Positions 22,874 through 34,178 of a stretch of DNA of 64,000 bases are shown one piece after another. The position numbers and the translations under genes were made by a program. The notes beneath the pieces were generated by a model that saw only the letters and a program-made list of their open reading frames with translations, was not told where the DNA came from and did no database searches. Position 1 is the first letter of the stretch. The number at the start of each line of letters is the position of its first letter. The stretch is from Histomonas meleagridis 2922-C6/04-290x (taxonomy: Eukaryota; Protista; Parabasalia): assembly GCA_020184695.1 (NCBI GenBank), contig JAANOX010000159.1, positions 1 to 64,000 of the forward strand, written 5' to 3'.

Positions 22874-25392
22874 ATGGGAAGCAATCAAAGTTATGCAGCA
22901 ACAAAATATAAAGGAAATTTTCAGGCACTTCAAGAGATTGAACAAATAATTTCTAATGTAAATGATGAAAATATTAATCAATCTGTAGAATCTTCTTTAT
23001 TTTATTATTCTAAAGAGTTTCCATTTTCATATAATTTTATTATATGTAGTATTTTATATTTATGTTTTGAATTAAAACATTGTAATAGATTATTCTTTGA
23101 GTATTTGAAAAAGCTTAAAACAAAGGAAATCGAAATATATAACAATCCAAATATCATAAAAATTTTACCACAATTTTTAATTAATATAAAAACCCAAGAA
23201 GCATATTATCTTCTCAATGTAATGATTGAAAATAATATGACTGATCCACAGATTGTTCAAACCCAGAAGAATCCATATTTTGCGCCATATATTATGTTAA
23301 ATGAAAGATATATACGTTTTTTGTTTAATATGAATGGAATTAATGATAATTATGAAGAACTTTCAAAAAATGATTGGGAACTTCATAAAAAACTGATTGA
23401 GGAAGGAGTAAATCCATTAAAAATTGCAAAAATAATTCGAAAGGATGAAATAGAAAAACTTCAAGAAATATCATCAGAAACAAACTTCGATTTTAATCAA
23501 ACAATTCCAAAATCGCTTTATGAAAGCTGTTCATTTATTAATCATAAAAATGTTACATTAATTGATTATGCAGCTTTTTTTGGATCAATTAAATGTTTTA
23601 AATATTTATTAATGAATGGTGCTAATATTAAATATACAGGCGAATATGCTGTTGCAAGTGGAAACGAAGAAATCATTCATTTATGTGAACAAAATCATTC
23701 ATCTTTTTATTATTCATATGATGCAGCGATTAGATTTCATAGAAATGATATATTTAAGTATCTTTATGAAAATAACATGGAAAAAATTCATAGTTTAGAA
23801 GAATTAGGAAAGAAATGTGTTTTATATCATAACTATGAAATTCTTTCATATTTAGAAAAAGAAGGAATGAAAATTAATGAATCACTTATCATTAAATCTA
23901 TTGAGACAGGAAATATATTTATCTTACAATATTTCCTTGCAAAAAATCCACACACCATAAAGTTAACAGAAATTAAAACATTTTCTGGGAATAAAGAAAT
24001 TTTTTACTTCCTTATTAATAATAAATGTATTGATTATACTCATGTTTTTTAGTCATATTCAAAATTTGTTAAAACAATTTAATGATTTAAAAAAATATTC
24101 GAAATATATTAATAATTTTTCAAAATGCATTTTTAAATGCGTCTCGTTTAGGATACACTGAAATTGTGGAATTAATTCTTGAGCAAAATCGAATTGATGT
24201 CAATGTTAAAGATATTATTTTGTATTATTTAAATTCTTTTAAAATAATTTTATAATAAATAATAATATATGGAAATTATTTTATATATTTTTTTCAGCAC
24301 TTATTTTAGCATCATCAAGTAACTACACTGATATTGTTAAATTACTTCTTAACCAAGAAAGAATTGATTTCAATGAAAAAGATATTTAATATTATTTTAA
24401 AAAAGTTTCTATTATTGATAAAATATTTTAAAATAATATTGGGAAATTATTTACAATTTTTAATACAGCACTTATATTTGAATCTTTACATGGTAATACT
24501 GAAATTGTTCAAATGCTTCTTAAAAAAGAAGGAATTGATTTTAATGCCAAAAGAATTTTTTTGTTTCTTTTTGTATATAATTATTTCAATTAATATTACT
24601 CAATATTTTTTGGAAACTCTTCAAAGTATAATGGACACCACTTATCATTGCATCTTTAAATGGGTACACTGATATTGTTAAGTTACTTCTTGAAAAAAAA
24701 GGGATTGATATCAATGCTAAAGATAATTGTTTAATACATTTGAAATATATTTTGATAAAATAATATCTCATAATAATATTTGGTAATTATTCAAGATATT
24801 TAATACGGCGCTCATCGAAGCATCTTTAAATGGACATTTTGAAATTGTTAAAGCCCTTCTTGAACATAAAGAAGTTGATATCAATGCCAAAAAGATTTGT
24901 GTATTTTGTTTAACATTTATTTCAAAAATTTAATATTTTAAATTAATATTTGGAAATTATTCAAATTATTTAATACAGCACTCATAAGTGCTTCTTTAAA
25001 TGGACATATAAAAATAGTTAAAATGCTCCTTAAACATAAAGGAATTGATATCAATGTAAAAAATTTTTGAACATTTTATTTAACATTTTTTTGAACAATT
25101 TAATAATTGAAAATATGATTTGGAAATTATTAAAAACTTTTAATACTGCACTTATAACAGTTGCTCGAACAGGCCATCTTGAATTAGCAAAGTTACTTCT
25201 TGAGCAAAAAGGAATTGATATTAATGCAAAAGATGGTCATATATTTGATTTAACATTAATTTATATAATTTTGGATTTCAAAATAATGTTTGGAAATCAA
25301 TTAAATTATTCAAAACAGCAATTTCAAATGCAGAACAAAAGGGTCACAGTAAAATTGTTAAATTAATTCTTGAACATGAAGAAAATAAATAA
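22874..25392 (+). CDS. DUF3447-ankyrin protein, locus 5 (MGSNQS start), with 8 spacers
   Basis: ORF to 24052 has DUF3447. Spacers 24044-24123, 24214-24293, 24384-24464 (81), 24555-24634, 24725-24804, 24895-24974, 25065-25144, 25235-25314. Seven open 90-nt cassettes; terminal TAISNAEQKGHSKIVKLILEHEENK*. Confidence 0.8.
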
Positions 25393-25464
25393 CAAACTTT
25401 ATTTGATATTGTTCTAACTTAATTAATGAATGCACTTTTTAAAAAATGGACGTTAAAAACAAAA

Positions 25465-25806
25465 ATGGACAGAACAGAGAGCGAGCTTATAAAAATTAAT
25501 CAATACAGAAAGAAAAAACATTTAGTACTTGATCGAGAAAAGTGGGTGATTCAGCCTGAGTGTCAACAACCAGACACAACAAACTTTCACTTTATTAATT
25601 ATGATCCAGATTTAGGACCAATTGATTTGTCGAACTTAAGCTTTAAAGTTGATCCGAAGAAAGATACTGCCATCGTTTCGATTCCTCTTTCGTTTACAGA
25701 GAAATCAAGAACAAAGTTAGTAGCACACGATGACCTAACAAAAGGCTTTGATGTTCAAGCTTATATGAGACCTCACAGTACGTCCTCATTTCCACAAAAG
25801 AAATAG
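25465..25806 (+). CDS. Hypothetical protein (~113 aa)
   Basis: Open frame with coding-like composition and higher GC than its flanks; no family recognised. Confidence 0.55.
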   Translation: MDRTESELIKINQYRKKKHLVLDREKWVIQPECQQPDTTNFHFINYDPDLGPIDLSNLSFKVDPKKDTAIVSIPLSFTEKSRTKLVAHDDLTKGFDVQAYMRPHSTSSFPQKK

Positions 25807-25881
25807 ACTATTTTTTGTAAATTTAATTAAAACCCTCGTTTTTTCATGTGACATTTCATAGCAAAAACAAAAATCTTTAAA

Positions 25882-26190
25882 ATGTTCATCGAAGATACTC
25901 AAAATAGCGATCAACAGGATAACCCGCATAAAACTATTCGTGTTTTCATTAGAGATCGCTCTTTTGATGTAAATATTGCTGATGGGTCACAAACCATCGA
26001 TTGGCTTGCAGACGTTGTTTTATTTATGTATAAAAGAAATCAATTCGAAAAATTAAATTGCCGTGGCGTTAAGCACAATGGCGTGATGTTAAATATGAAG
26101 GAAACAATTTCTTCACAAATTTCTAATGATGACGGTGTCTATATTTTACTAGAAGGTGATGAAGATGTTGATTATATGTTTGGTGATTAA
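25882..26190 (+). CDS. Small ubiquitin-like-fold protein (Par3/HAL N-terminal-like)
   Basis: KTIRVFIRDRSFDVNIADGSQTIDWLAD...ISSQISNDDGVYILLEGD is a beta-grasp-like pattern; family assigned from memory only. Confidence 0.45.
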   Translation: MFIEDTQNSDQQDNPHKTIRVFIRDRSFDVNIADGSQTIDWLADVVLFMYKRNQFEKLNCRGVKHNGVMLNMKETISSQISNDDGVYILLEGDEDVDYMFGD

Positions 26191-26424
26191 TTATCTCTAA
26201 GTTAACTCAAAAAAATTTATTCAAAAAATACAAATACATTTCCAACCAACAATAATCATATATTAAATATACGATTTTTGTAACTTATACCTTAAGGTAA
26301 AAAGTGATATACCAGTGTCCAATTCAGAAAAATGAATTTACAAAAATCATCAATTGATAACAAATCCATATTTGCATCTTAATTTCCCACAAAATCAAAT
26401 AAACGAGATTTAAAATTTATTTAA

Positions 26425-27411
26425 TTATTTTTGAGGTATGTTTTGATCAAAAAATTCTTGCCATGACATATATTCATTTCCTTCATCATCTATTAAATAA
26501 GGTTTGCTTGTGTCTTCATTTACATTATTGTATACATTTTTTTCGTTTTGATATGATCCGAATGAAAAACAATTAATTTCAAGTGATTTAATAACTGAAT
26601 CTTGAAGTTCTGCAACATCTGAGAAGAAAAGTTTATTTTTTGCTTCTTCTGGGCAATTTAAGAAATGACCAACTTTACGAAGTGCTGTTTTTGCAGGTCC
26701 AAACAATGCTAAAAATGCACAGAATTGTATGTAATCGATTTGTTTGTTTTTTTGTGGATCGAAAAAGAAAGTTAAAGTTTCATTTGCATTCGAAGTTGTT
26801 TGATTTGGTAACTTAAAAATTTCAACTGCTTTGTGGATAAACTTATTCGCGTCAACTGTTGATTCATATGGAAAATGTTTTTTCCATATTAAATATGATT
26901 TCTTCCAAAATTTTTGAGTTTCTTCATTTGATATTCCTCCAATTTGAAATAACGGTTGTTCTTTCATTAACTCTAAATATTTAGTGAACTCGTATATTGC
27001 TATTTCTTTCTTTTCATCCATCATATTTGCAAAATCATTTACTTCATGTATTCCATTTAACCACGCATTCTTAACAACTTTATCTATTTCAATAATTGGA
27101 TGCTTTTTCTTTTTTGGTCTTTTTGATTTTCTAATTTGTGATCTTTGACTTTTAGTATATTTAGATAATTCTTTTCTTTCTTCTAATTGTTTCTCATAAA
27201 TTTTAGTGTTTCTTTCATTTATTTCAAGAAAGCTTTTTGTATTATTATATTTTTTATCTCCTTCATCGTTATCTTCGAAATGAATATAATATGTTGTGTC
27301 TCTAATTTTTCTGATTTGAGCTTTCCAAAGATCTGTTTCATTCTCGTCTATAACATATATTTCTTCACCCTTTCTAAATTGATGTTTTTCGGGTTTAATA
27401 CTTATAGACAT
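26425..27411 (-). CDS. Tudor-knot/chromo-barrel protein with a C-terminal IBP39 C-domain-like region
   Basis: N-term FRKGEEIYVID...LWKAQI...YYIHFED; C-term IWKKHF...KFIHKAVEIF...IDYIQFCAFLALFGPAKTALRKV. Confidence 0.65.
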   Translation of the reverse strand: MSISIKPEKHQFRKGEEIYVIDENETDLWKAQIRKIRDTTYYIHFEDNDEGDKKYNNTKSFLEINERNTKIYEKQLEERKELSKYTKSQRSQIRKSKRPKKKKHPIIEIDKVVKNAWLNGIHEVNDFANMMDEKKEIAIYEFTKYLELMKEQPLFQIGGISNEETQKFWKKSYLIWKKHFPYESTVDANKFIHKAVEIFKLPNQTTSNANETLTFFFDPQKNKQIDYIQFCAFLALFGPAKTALRKVGHFLNCPEEAKNKLFFSDVAELQDSVIKSLEINCFSFGSYQNEKNVYNNVNEDTSKPYLIDDEGNEYMSWQEFFDQNIPQK

Positions 27412-27523
27412 TAATTTTTAAAGAGCGGTATAATTTTTAATGTTAAAATATGTCATTTCGCTCCTATAAAAAATTAAAAATAATATGACGTTTTTAATTT
27501 CTTTCAATTGATGAAAAATTGAT

Positions 27524-30040
27524 ATGAAATATTATGGTCGGATAAACAAAAGTATGAATGAACCTTTTTTCACCAATCTTTCTCTTTCAGGAATAGTTGC
27601 TGATGCATTGCATCTAAGCGATTTATTTGTTCATTTTCATACCGAGAGTAGTGAAACGATAAATTTTAAGGAAGAGGAATTAAAGATAATTTTACCATTT
27701 TTATTTTTCCATCCACAATTACTTCGCTTATATAGGTCACAAATCAACTCTTTTCAGTACACTTCTTTTCGCTTAACTCAAATGAGAGAACTTTTTGAGT
27801 CACCTATTCTTGATAATTCTTATTTACCAAATACATTCGAAGAATGTCGTGACTCAAGTACAAGGCTTCTTTTTCTACTGAATAGTCTTGAAAACGGTCA
27901 TGATTTATCTGTTTTTCGACTTCATCAATATGACCAATATTTTTCAGATGCAATTCCAATTTTATATGCACGCTTTAGTGATCAATTCCCAATGGCAACT
28001 TTTATTTCAGCATCTGTTCAAGTAGGTGACATGTCAATTTTATCTTTATCATTTTGTTTTCCGAATTTCATATGTCCAATTTTCCGAGCGGGATTACGAT
28101 TTAACACCTCTCCGACCTTAATTTCTTCCTTAGTTTCGCTTTCACCTAATCATCGAACAACCCTTCTTCATTATATCCAATCATTTCATCAAATTTATAC
28201 ATTTTTATCCATTAAACTATTTCCTGATACGTGTCCTCTTTTAATTATTCCTCATTTAGGGAAAATTCATTCTAATTCGGGAATCGAAGAAATCAAACAA
28301 GAGCTTTACTTAATTCGAGAACGAAGTAATTTATCGCCCAAATATTATTTAGCATATTCTATGTGTTGTGGTATCTTAAGTAGTATCACAGAAGAAGATT
28401 TAAGTGTTTTAACCAAATGTAAAGACGACATTTTATTAATTTGCTTATCATTTTTAGTTGACAATGTCTATTCTAATGTTTTTAATGATTTTATTCGACG
28501 CTTTCAGAAGACATCTGAGTCCACATCATTTATGTTATGTTCCATTTGTGACAAGAAATTAAATCGCAACGAAATCTTATTAGAAAAGATCCAAAAACAT
28601 TTCGGCAATAATATAAATTGGGAAATTAAATCGACATTTTCGAATTATTTTTTCAAGCAATTCGATATAAGTCAATTTGATATTTCATCATTTGGCGATG
28701 GTAATTCATCATTATATATAATTGGTACAATGATTGATGATATTGGTGCTTTTAAATCCATTGAATATATTCCACAAATATTTAACTCATTAACATATTT
28801 AGATCCTCCAACAATAGAATCGATTAATTCGATCATAGGAAAACTTGGCAAAACTATAATTCCTGATAAACAAACAACTTATAATGAGTTCTATCGAGCT
28901 ATAGATATTTGTTTTTATAATGTTAATTTCGATGATATAATTTCCATATTAAATAATCCTTCGCCTGCAATAGCTTATACAATATTACTATTAAAAGTCG
29001 AAGAAATTACTAACGCTAATCGAATGGCATCAACAAAACATATTCATGACGTACCAATACGTTTTATATATTATTCCTCTTTGAATTTCGAAGGAGCGAA
29101 ATCGATTTTTTTGTATTTTTCAAATTTGTGTTTTAAATTTGCTTCGAATCATTTGGTTAAATCTCAGTTTATGACAATGGATAAAACATTTTTCTTAAAT
29201 ATTGGATCACATGAATTATATTTACAAAAGTTAAAAGAAAGCCCTTTGGCTATTAATGAATTAAGATATAATGAATGGAAAGTGTTTCATTTCGTGAGAC
29301 CATTTCAATTCGTAATGGATACTTTCGAAGCTTTAAAAGGTCCAATTGAAGTTAATCAACTTCATGAAGCTTTTGATTTCCCAAATGAATATTTAGAAAA
29401 TAGATTTTTGTTGAGTATAATTTTTCATTGTATAATTGATATTTCTTGTTTTTATGAGAAAAAGAATTTACATGATATTGAACCAAATTCTTCTGCGACA
29501 ATTTTGTTGTATAAAGTTTTCGATATTTTAAAAAATGATAAAATTGATCATAACGTAGTTTGCCAATTTTTATATGATTTCCTTTCGATATCGCCTGTTC
29601 TGGTGGAAACTATTTTGTTTCAAGGGTTTGATAGAAGTTTAATGAATTTCTTCGCTAAGAATATTCGGTTCTTCGACTTCTTTTGGCCAAATATTAAACA
29701 ATTTATGGGAAGCGAAAGCATATCAAAAGAGAAGAAGACGTTTATTTTCGAGTTTATGTCGTATTTAGCGATGTATTGTAACAACAGAAAAAGTAGACAG
29801 GTCTGCATTGAAATATTGAGTAGGATCACAAAATTTGTGAACGTGGATGAAAACAACATTTCAATGATTTTGGAGGCTATTACACGAATTTTTAACGTCT
29901 TCCCGGAAATTGTTCAACAAATAAATAATGCTTTGTTCCAAATTAGAGATGAAATGGTAACGTTAAATCCAAGCCAAGAAATTATAGCACTAATTAATTT
30001 AACATTGGATAATATAATTGCATGTACTATCTCAAATTAA
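27524..30040 (+). CDS. Large helical-repeat (HEAT/ARM-like) hypothetical protein
   Basis: 838-aa open frame, L/I/F-rich amphipathic helices; no confident family. Confidence 0.7.
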   Translation: MKYYGRINKSMNEPFFTNLSLSGIVADALHLSDLFVHFHTESSETINFKEEELKIILPFLFFHPQLLRLYRSQINSFQYTSFRLTQMRELFESPILDNSYLPNTFEECRDSSTRLLFLLNSLENGHDLSVFRLHQYDQYFSDAIPILYARFSDQFPMATFISASVQVGDMSILSLSFCFPNFICPIFRAGLRFNTSPTLISSLVSLSPNHRTTLLHYIQSFHQIYTFLSIKLFPDTCPLLIIPHLGKIHSNSGIEEIKQELYLIRERSNLSPKYYLAYSMCCGILSSITEEDLSVLTKCKDDILLICLSFLVDNVYSNVFNDFIRRFQKTSESTSFMLCSICDKKLNRNEILLEKIQKHFGNNINWEIKSTFSNYFFKQFDISQFDISSFGDGNSSLYIIGTMIDDIGAFKSIEYIPQIFNSLTYLDPPTIESINSIIGKLGKTIIPDKQTTYNEFYRAIDICFYNVNFDDIISILNNPSPAIAYTILLLKVEEITNANRMASTKHIHDVPIRFIYYSSLNFEGAKSIFLYFSNLCFKFASNHLVKSQFMTMDKTFFLNIGSHELYLQKLKESPLAINELRYNEWKVFHFVRPFQFVMDTFEALKGPIEVNQLHEAFDFPNEYLENRFLLSIIFHCIIDISCFYEKKNLHDIEPNSSATILLYKVFDILKNDKIDHNVVCQFLYDFLSISPVLVETILFQGFDRSLMNFFAKNIRFFDFFWPNIKQFMGSESISKEKKTFIFEFMSYLAMYCNNRKSRQVCIEILSRITKFVNVDENNISMILEAITRIFNVFPEIVQQINNALFQIRDEMVTLNPSQEIIALINLTLDNIIACTISN

Positions 30041-30395
30041 TTTTATTAAATAAAAATTATTGTTAGAGAACTTGTGCTTATCATTTGGTGTTAACTCATT
30101 TTCATTCATTTTACCATCGGGTTTCTGGTCTTGAATTGAGATTTGGAATTTATTTTCTTTGGCTAAGGTTCATTTTGGGGTTTATAAAAAGAGATCAAAA
30201 CAGACATTTTGGTGCTTGTTACAAAGGTAACCTACAAATTGTCCAACTTTGTAAAAAAGGTGTTCCAATTGAAAATGATAGAACCGCTTTTCAGTGGACA
30301 TGCGAAATTTAGTTATTGCTTCAAGAGTTTATCACCCTATTTATAAATATTAAAAAAAATTATAATTTATTTGAAACTATTTAAAACAAAAACAA

Positions 30396-30863
30396 TTAAC
30401 CAACTCGAAGGATTATATTCCACCCTTCAGGCGATTCAAATGGCATTGAAAGTTCCCCAATGCATATGTTCCATGATATATCTTCGATTTCTTGAGAAAT
30501 TGATCCCAATGAAATCCATTGCGTTTCATTAGGTTTCCCACCAAGATCTTCTGAGTTTGCAATAGCAAGTTCATCAAAACTTTGATTCTCTCTTGTAATT
30601 TTTTCGAATATTGTTTCTATTTTTTGTTTCGCTTCTTCACTTGAAATTGTTGTTTTTTGCCCATTTGGTAATGTTGGGTCAATAGAATACTTGTGTTTAA
30701 TTAAAATTTTTTTTATCGCAACTAATGGAGGCCATTTTGAAGTCATACCAGGGTAAGGCATTGGGCGAATCCACGTTGACTCACTTGTGACCTTATTAAA
30801 ATAGTAAATATGTCCAGAATATTCTTTGCATTCCCTGAGTTCCCACTCGTAAGGAAGGTCCAT
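30396..30863 (-). CDS. WW + parvulin (Pin1/Ess1-like) protein, probably catalytically degenerate
   Basis: LPYEWE...YYFNKVTSESTWIRP (WW); ILIKH...EEAKQKI...FDELA...GELSMPFESPEGWNIILR (rotamase fold). Confidence 0.85.
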   Translation of the reverse strand: MDLPYEWELRECKEYSGHIYYFNKVTSESTWIRPMPYPGMTSKWPPLVAIKKILIKHKYSIDPTLPNGQKTTISSEEAKQKIETIFEKITRENQSFDELAIANSEDLGGKPNETQWISLGSISQEIEDISWNICIGELSMPFESPEGWNIILRVG

Positions 30864-31439
30864 ACGAGCCTAAATTAACGTTCATTTAATTCGGTACCCC
30901 CAAATTAAAAAGTGTATGAATTATAAACGGTCATATTGAAAACTTCGAATCCGGTTTTCTTTATTATTTAAAGAAATATTGATTTCAATAAAAATTTAAA
31001 CTTACCAATTGGCAGATACCAATATAATGTGATAACTCATAAAAATTTACAAAAATTCTACAGAGAATAATATATCACAGGCCTTAACGTTCAATTGCAT
31101 GAAATTGACAATTATGCATAGAAAAATTTGTGAATTTATTCAAAAAGATTCTATCGTAAAAAAATGAAAATTTCTCCAAAAAGATGCATCTTTGAAAAAT
31201 TCTATGACCTTAAGGTTAAGTCGTAAAAATATTCTAATAGATTATCATATGCTTCTTTGACAAAAATAATTCAGTGAGTAATTGAAACGTATAGTTAGGT
31301 ATATATATAAGCTTGAAACATACGGGAGTGCTTAATAATTCTATGAAGAGCTTTTTTAGATTGAAAAAAATAAAATTAGATATAGGCATAAGAGAATAAT
31401 CAAAAAACAGTAAAAATTTTACATAAAATATCTTCAAGC

Positions 31440-31746
31440 TGTTTGCTTATTTGAGTAAGTAACAATGATGGAGGATTTTCTCGTGTTGGTATAACGATTT
31501 CAAATCTAAATTTGAAATTTCCAATGATCCTTCTAATGATACATTAAATTCCGATTTGGAGAGCTCATATGGATTTGTTTCATTTCCCATATGCATTCTA
31601 TAACGCACGTATACAAAAGGGATTCTTTAAATCTTGATACATCCACTAGCTAGAACATCAATATCACCGTTTTTAAATACAGTACTCCTAATAAATGTTG
31701 TGCCAAAATCAATGCAGAGTACAAATTTCCTATTTTTTTTATTCAT
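31440..31746 (-). pseudogene. Hsp70-like nucleotide-binding-domain N-terminal fragment
   Basis: MNKKNRKFVLCIDFGTTFIRSTVFKNGDIDVLASGCIKI*RIPFVYV resembles the Hsp70 phosphate-1 motif GIDFGTT; early stop and no continuation. Confidence 0.6.
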
Positions 31747-32104
31747 TAAATAATGAAGTCATAAATGAACGTTACCTCTGGTGTCAAATTGGCATTAATT
31801 ATTGAATCGATTTTTGTTAGAGTTACAATGAAAGTGTCAATATCAAGTTTATAAAACTTCACAAAAATAATTTTTTTTTTTTTGCCATTATATAATAAAC
31901 CTTATTCTTTTAGTAAATTATATGATGCAAATCGAAAAGAATTAGTGTGTACAATATCTTTTTGATTTTTATATGCATTGGCATACCCAAAAATTGATTT
32001 TAAGCCTGTTTTGAAAAAATTAGATTTACATTCCCTTATTAACAAATAATCTAAATATATTATTTATTTGAAATCTATTCATTTTAGTAATCCCTAATAT
32101 TCCA

Positions 32105-34069
32105 TTATTCAGCATCGTCAAATCCAAAGAGATTATCTTCTGGCTTACATTCAAAACAAATGACTGCGATTATGTCTTTAATTGCATTCTTGAAGTCTTT
32201 CTTTTGTTGACTTTGAAGTGTTTCATACAACCTTTTAATGAACTTGGGAAAATATGTATTAAATCTATTGATTTGTTGTTCATTTTGTGGATTAAATATT
32301 TGAAGCCACATGGAAATCGATTCTATCATTTTGTTATGTTGAAATATGTGGATAAGTAATTTCCAATAATATTTCATAATAACTTTCGGAATGTTGTTTC
32401 TCATTTTAATAAAATCAATTAATATACACAGAAGATCTAAGTCATATTTCTTCAAAATTTTGCACTTCGTTTGTATTATGAATCTTTCGATAGCTTTGAT
32501 GATATTAATGTTTTCAATTGTTTCATAATTATTAAGAAATGAAATACATTTACTCATTAAATAATCAATACGCCCCAATGCATTATTAAAATGTGAAGAA
32601 AGTAAAATTGCTTCACTAATTAATAATGGAATATCCATTTGTATTGCAGGAACAATTAAATCATTAAATATTTGATCCCAATATTGTTCACATTGTGGGA
32701 AATTATCACGTAATCGACTTAAGAAAGTGAAATAACATGGTAATATTTGTTTCCTATCAATGAATAACTTGAATATTCTATCAAAATTTTTGTTCGAAAT
32801 ATCAGGCATGTTTAAATCCAAAAATAGTTTAACAAGATCTTCTGGAACATTTTGATCTGGAATTATTTCACTTGCTTTTCTCACAAACACTTCATAATTA
32901 ATTAAAACTAATGGTTGACGAATATTCTCTATACATATATCCAAATTAAATTTTTCATTTAATTCTAAGATTTCATAAAGCTTTTTCCATTCTAATAAAA
33001 TCATTCGAACTTCTTCAATAGGAAATTCATTAGCATTCATCAAATTCACTTTTTCGATGAAAGAATAATATATTCTTTCACCAAAACAATTCATGAAATC
33101 CTTAAATTGATAAGTTTTAATATGTTTTATTAAAAAATTTGCAATTTTCTTCCAAAATTTCCAAAATTCGGAACATAATGGGAAAAATTTTATGAAATAA
33201 TTTATCAAATAATTTATTATACTTTTATTTGGAGTTGCACTCCATCTTTCGAAAATCATCATAAAATGTTTACTTGTAATTTTACCGAGGAAAAATTGTA
33301 TATCAGATGAAGAAATAAATGGAACATCAAGGACAAAGCATAATTTCTTTTGGAAAAATTTATTGAAGAATTTTAATGAATCTAATCGTTTGTAAAATAC
33401 TATATAAACGAAACGAAGAAAATGAGGCGAATTAATGAATTGTTTCCATAACTTAGAGAAAATATAAAAAATGATGTTCTCATTACACCATTTATAGAAG
33501 GAAATACTATTGAATAGAGTTGAAATGGTTAATTCAGGAAAATGCTGAATTTGTTTTAGGATAACATTTCCATTGCGAATATGATTTCTAAGCTCCAATC
33601 GACGTGTATGTGTGATGCGTGGCGAATTATCAATTACATTAATAAAGCATGATAATATTGAAAATGATACATCTATGGGAATGTTTGGATGTTTCAAATG
33701 TGGTGGACGAATAATCTGATCAAATTCAACCCAATCTGGCATTTCATAGAGAGCAATATAATATAATGAGTTAAAATAGTATATATTCAATATTGTCTTT
33801 GAATTATTCGTAGTTATACTCTTTATTAGGTAATCTTTAATTTCAATTTTTCCTTCTGAATCAATTTTTCCCCATATATTTGGGAGGAATTTATCTAATA
33901 TACATGCAGCCTTCTCAGGTGGTTGCGTTGTGATTCTATGTATTAAGTGATAATTACCTAATTGATCAGTTACAAAATTATCTTCAATTCTATTAGACTC
34001 ATCATCAGAGACATTAAAAGGAACAGGAGTGTCAATTGTTTCAAAGATAGACGCTTGGATTGATGGCAT
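32105..34069 (-). CDS. Divergent exportin/importin-beta family HEAT protein (CRM1-like N-terminus)
   Basis: KIEIKDYLIKSI...LNIYYFNSLYYIALYEMPDWVEFDQII resembles the IBN_N/Xpo1 region. Confidence 0.55.
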   Translation of the reverse strand: MPSIQASIFETIDTPVPFNVSDDESNRIEDNFVTDQLGNYHLIHRITTQPPEKAACILDKFLPNIWGKIDSEGKIEIKDYLIKSITTNNSKTILNIYYFNSLYYIALYEMPDWVEFDQIIRPPHLKHPNIPIDVSFSILSCFINVIDNSPRITHTRRLELRNHIRNGNVILKQIQHFPELTISTLFNSISFYKWCNENIIFYIFSKLWKQFINSPHFLRFVYIVFYKRLDSLKFFNKFFQKKLCFVLDVPFISSSDIQFFLGKITSKHFMMIFERWSATPNKSIINYLINYFIKFFPLCSEFWKFWKKIANFLIKHIKTYQFKDFMNCFGERIYYSFIEKVNLMNANEFPIEEVRMILLEWKKLYEILELNEKFNLDICIENIRQPLVLINYEVFVRKASEIIPDQNVPEDLVKLFLDLNMPDISNKNFDRIFKLFIDRKQILPCYFTFLSRLRDNFPQCEQYWDQIFNDLIVPAIQMDIPLLISEAILLSSHFNNALGRIDYLMSKCISFLNNYETIENINIIKAIERFIIQTKCKILKKYDLDLLCILIDFIKMRNNIPKVIMKYYWKLLIHIFQHNKMIESISMWLQIFNPQNEQQINRFNTYFPKFIKRLYETLQSQQKKDFKNAIKDIIAVICFECKPEDNLFGFDDAE

Positions 34070-34178
34070 AAGAAACCTGAAAACACTGAAAGCTATTAAA
34101 AAACGTCATCCATTGAAAATTTCAATAAAAATGCGGTTGTTTCAGCTGAAACGTTGTGCCATACACAGTTTTCATTTT

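Noticed and set aside
27524-27800. Resemblance of EELKIILPFL to the Integrator subunit INTS2 N-terminus
   Set aside because: Too short to support a call without a profile search.
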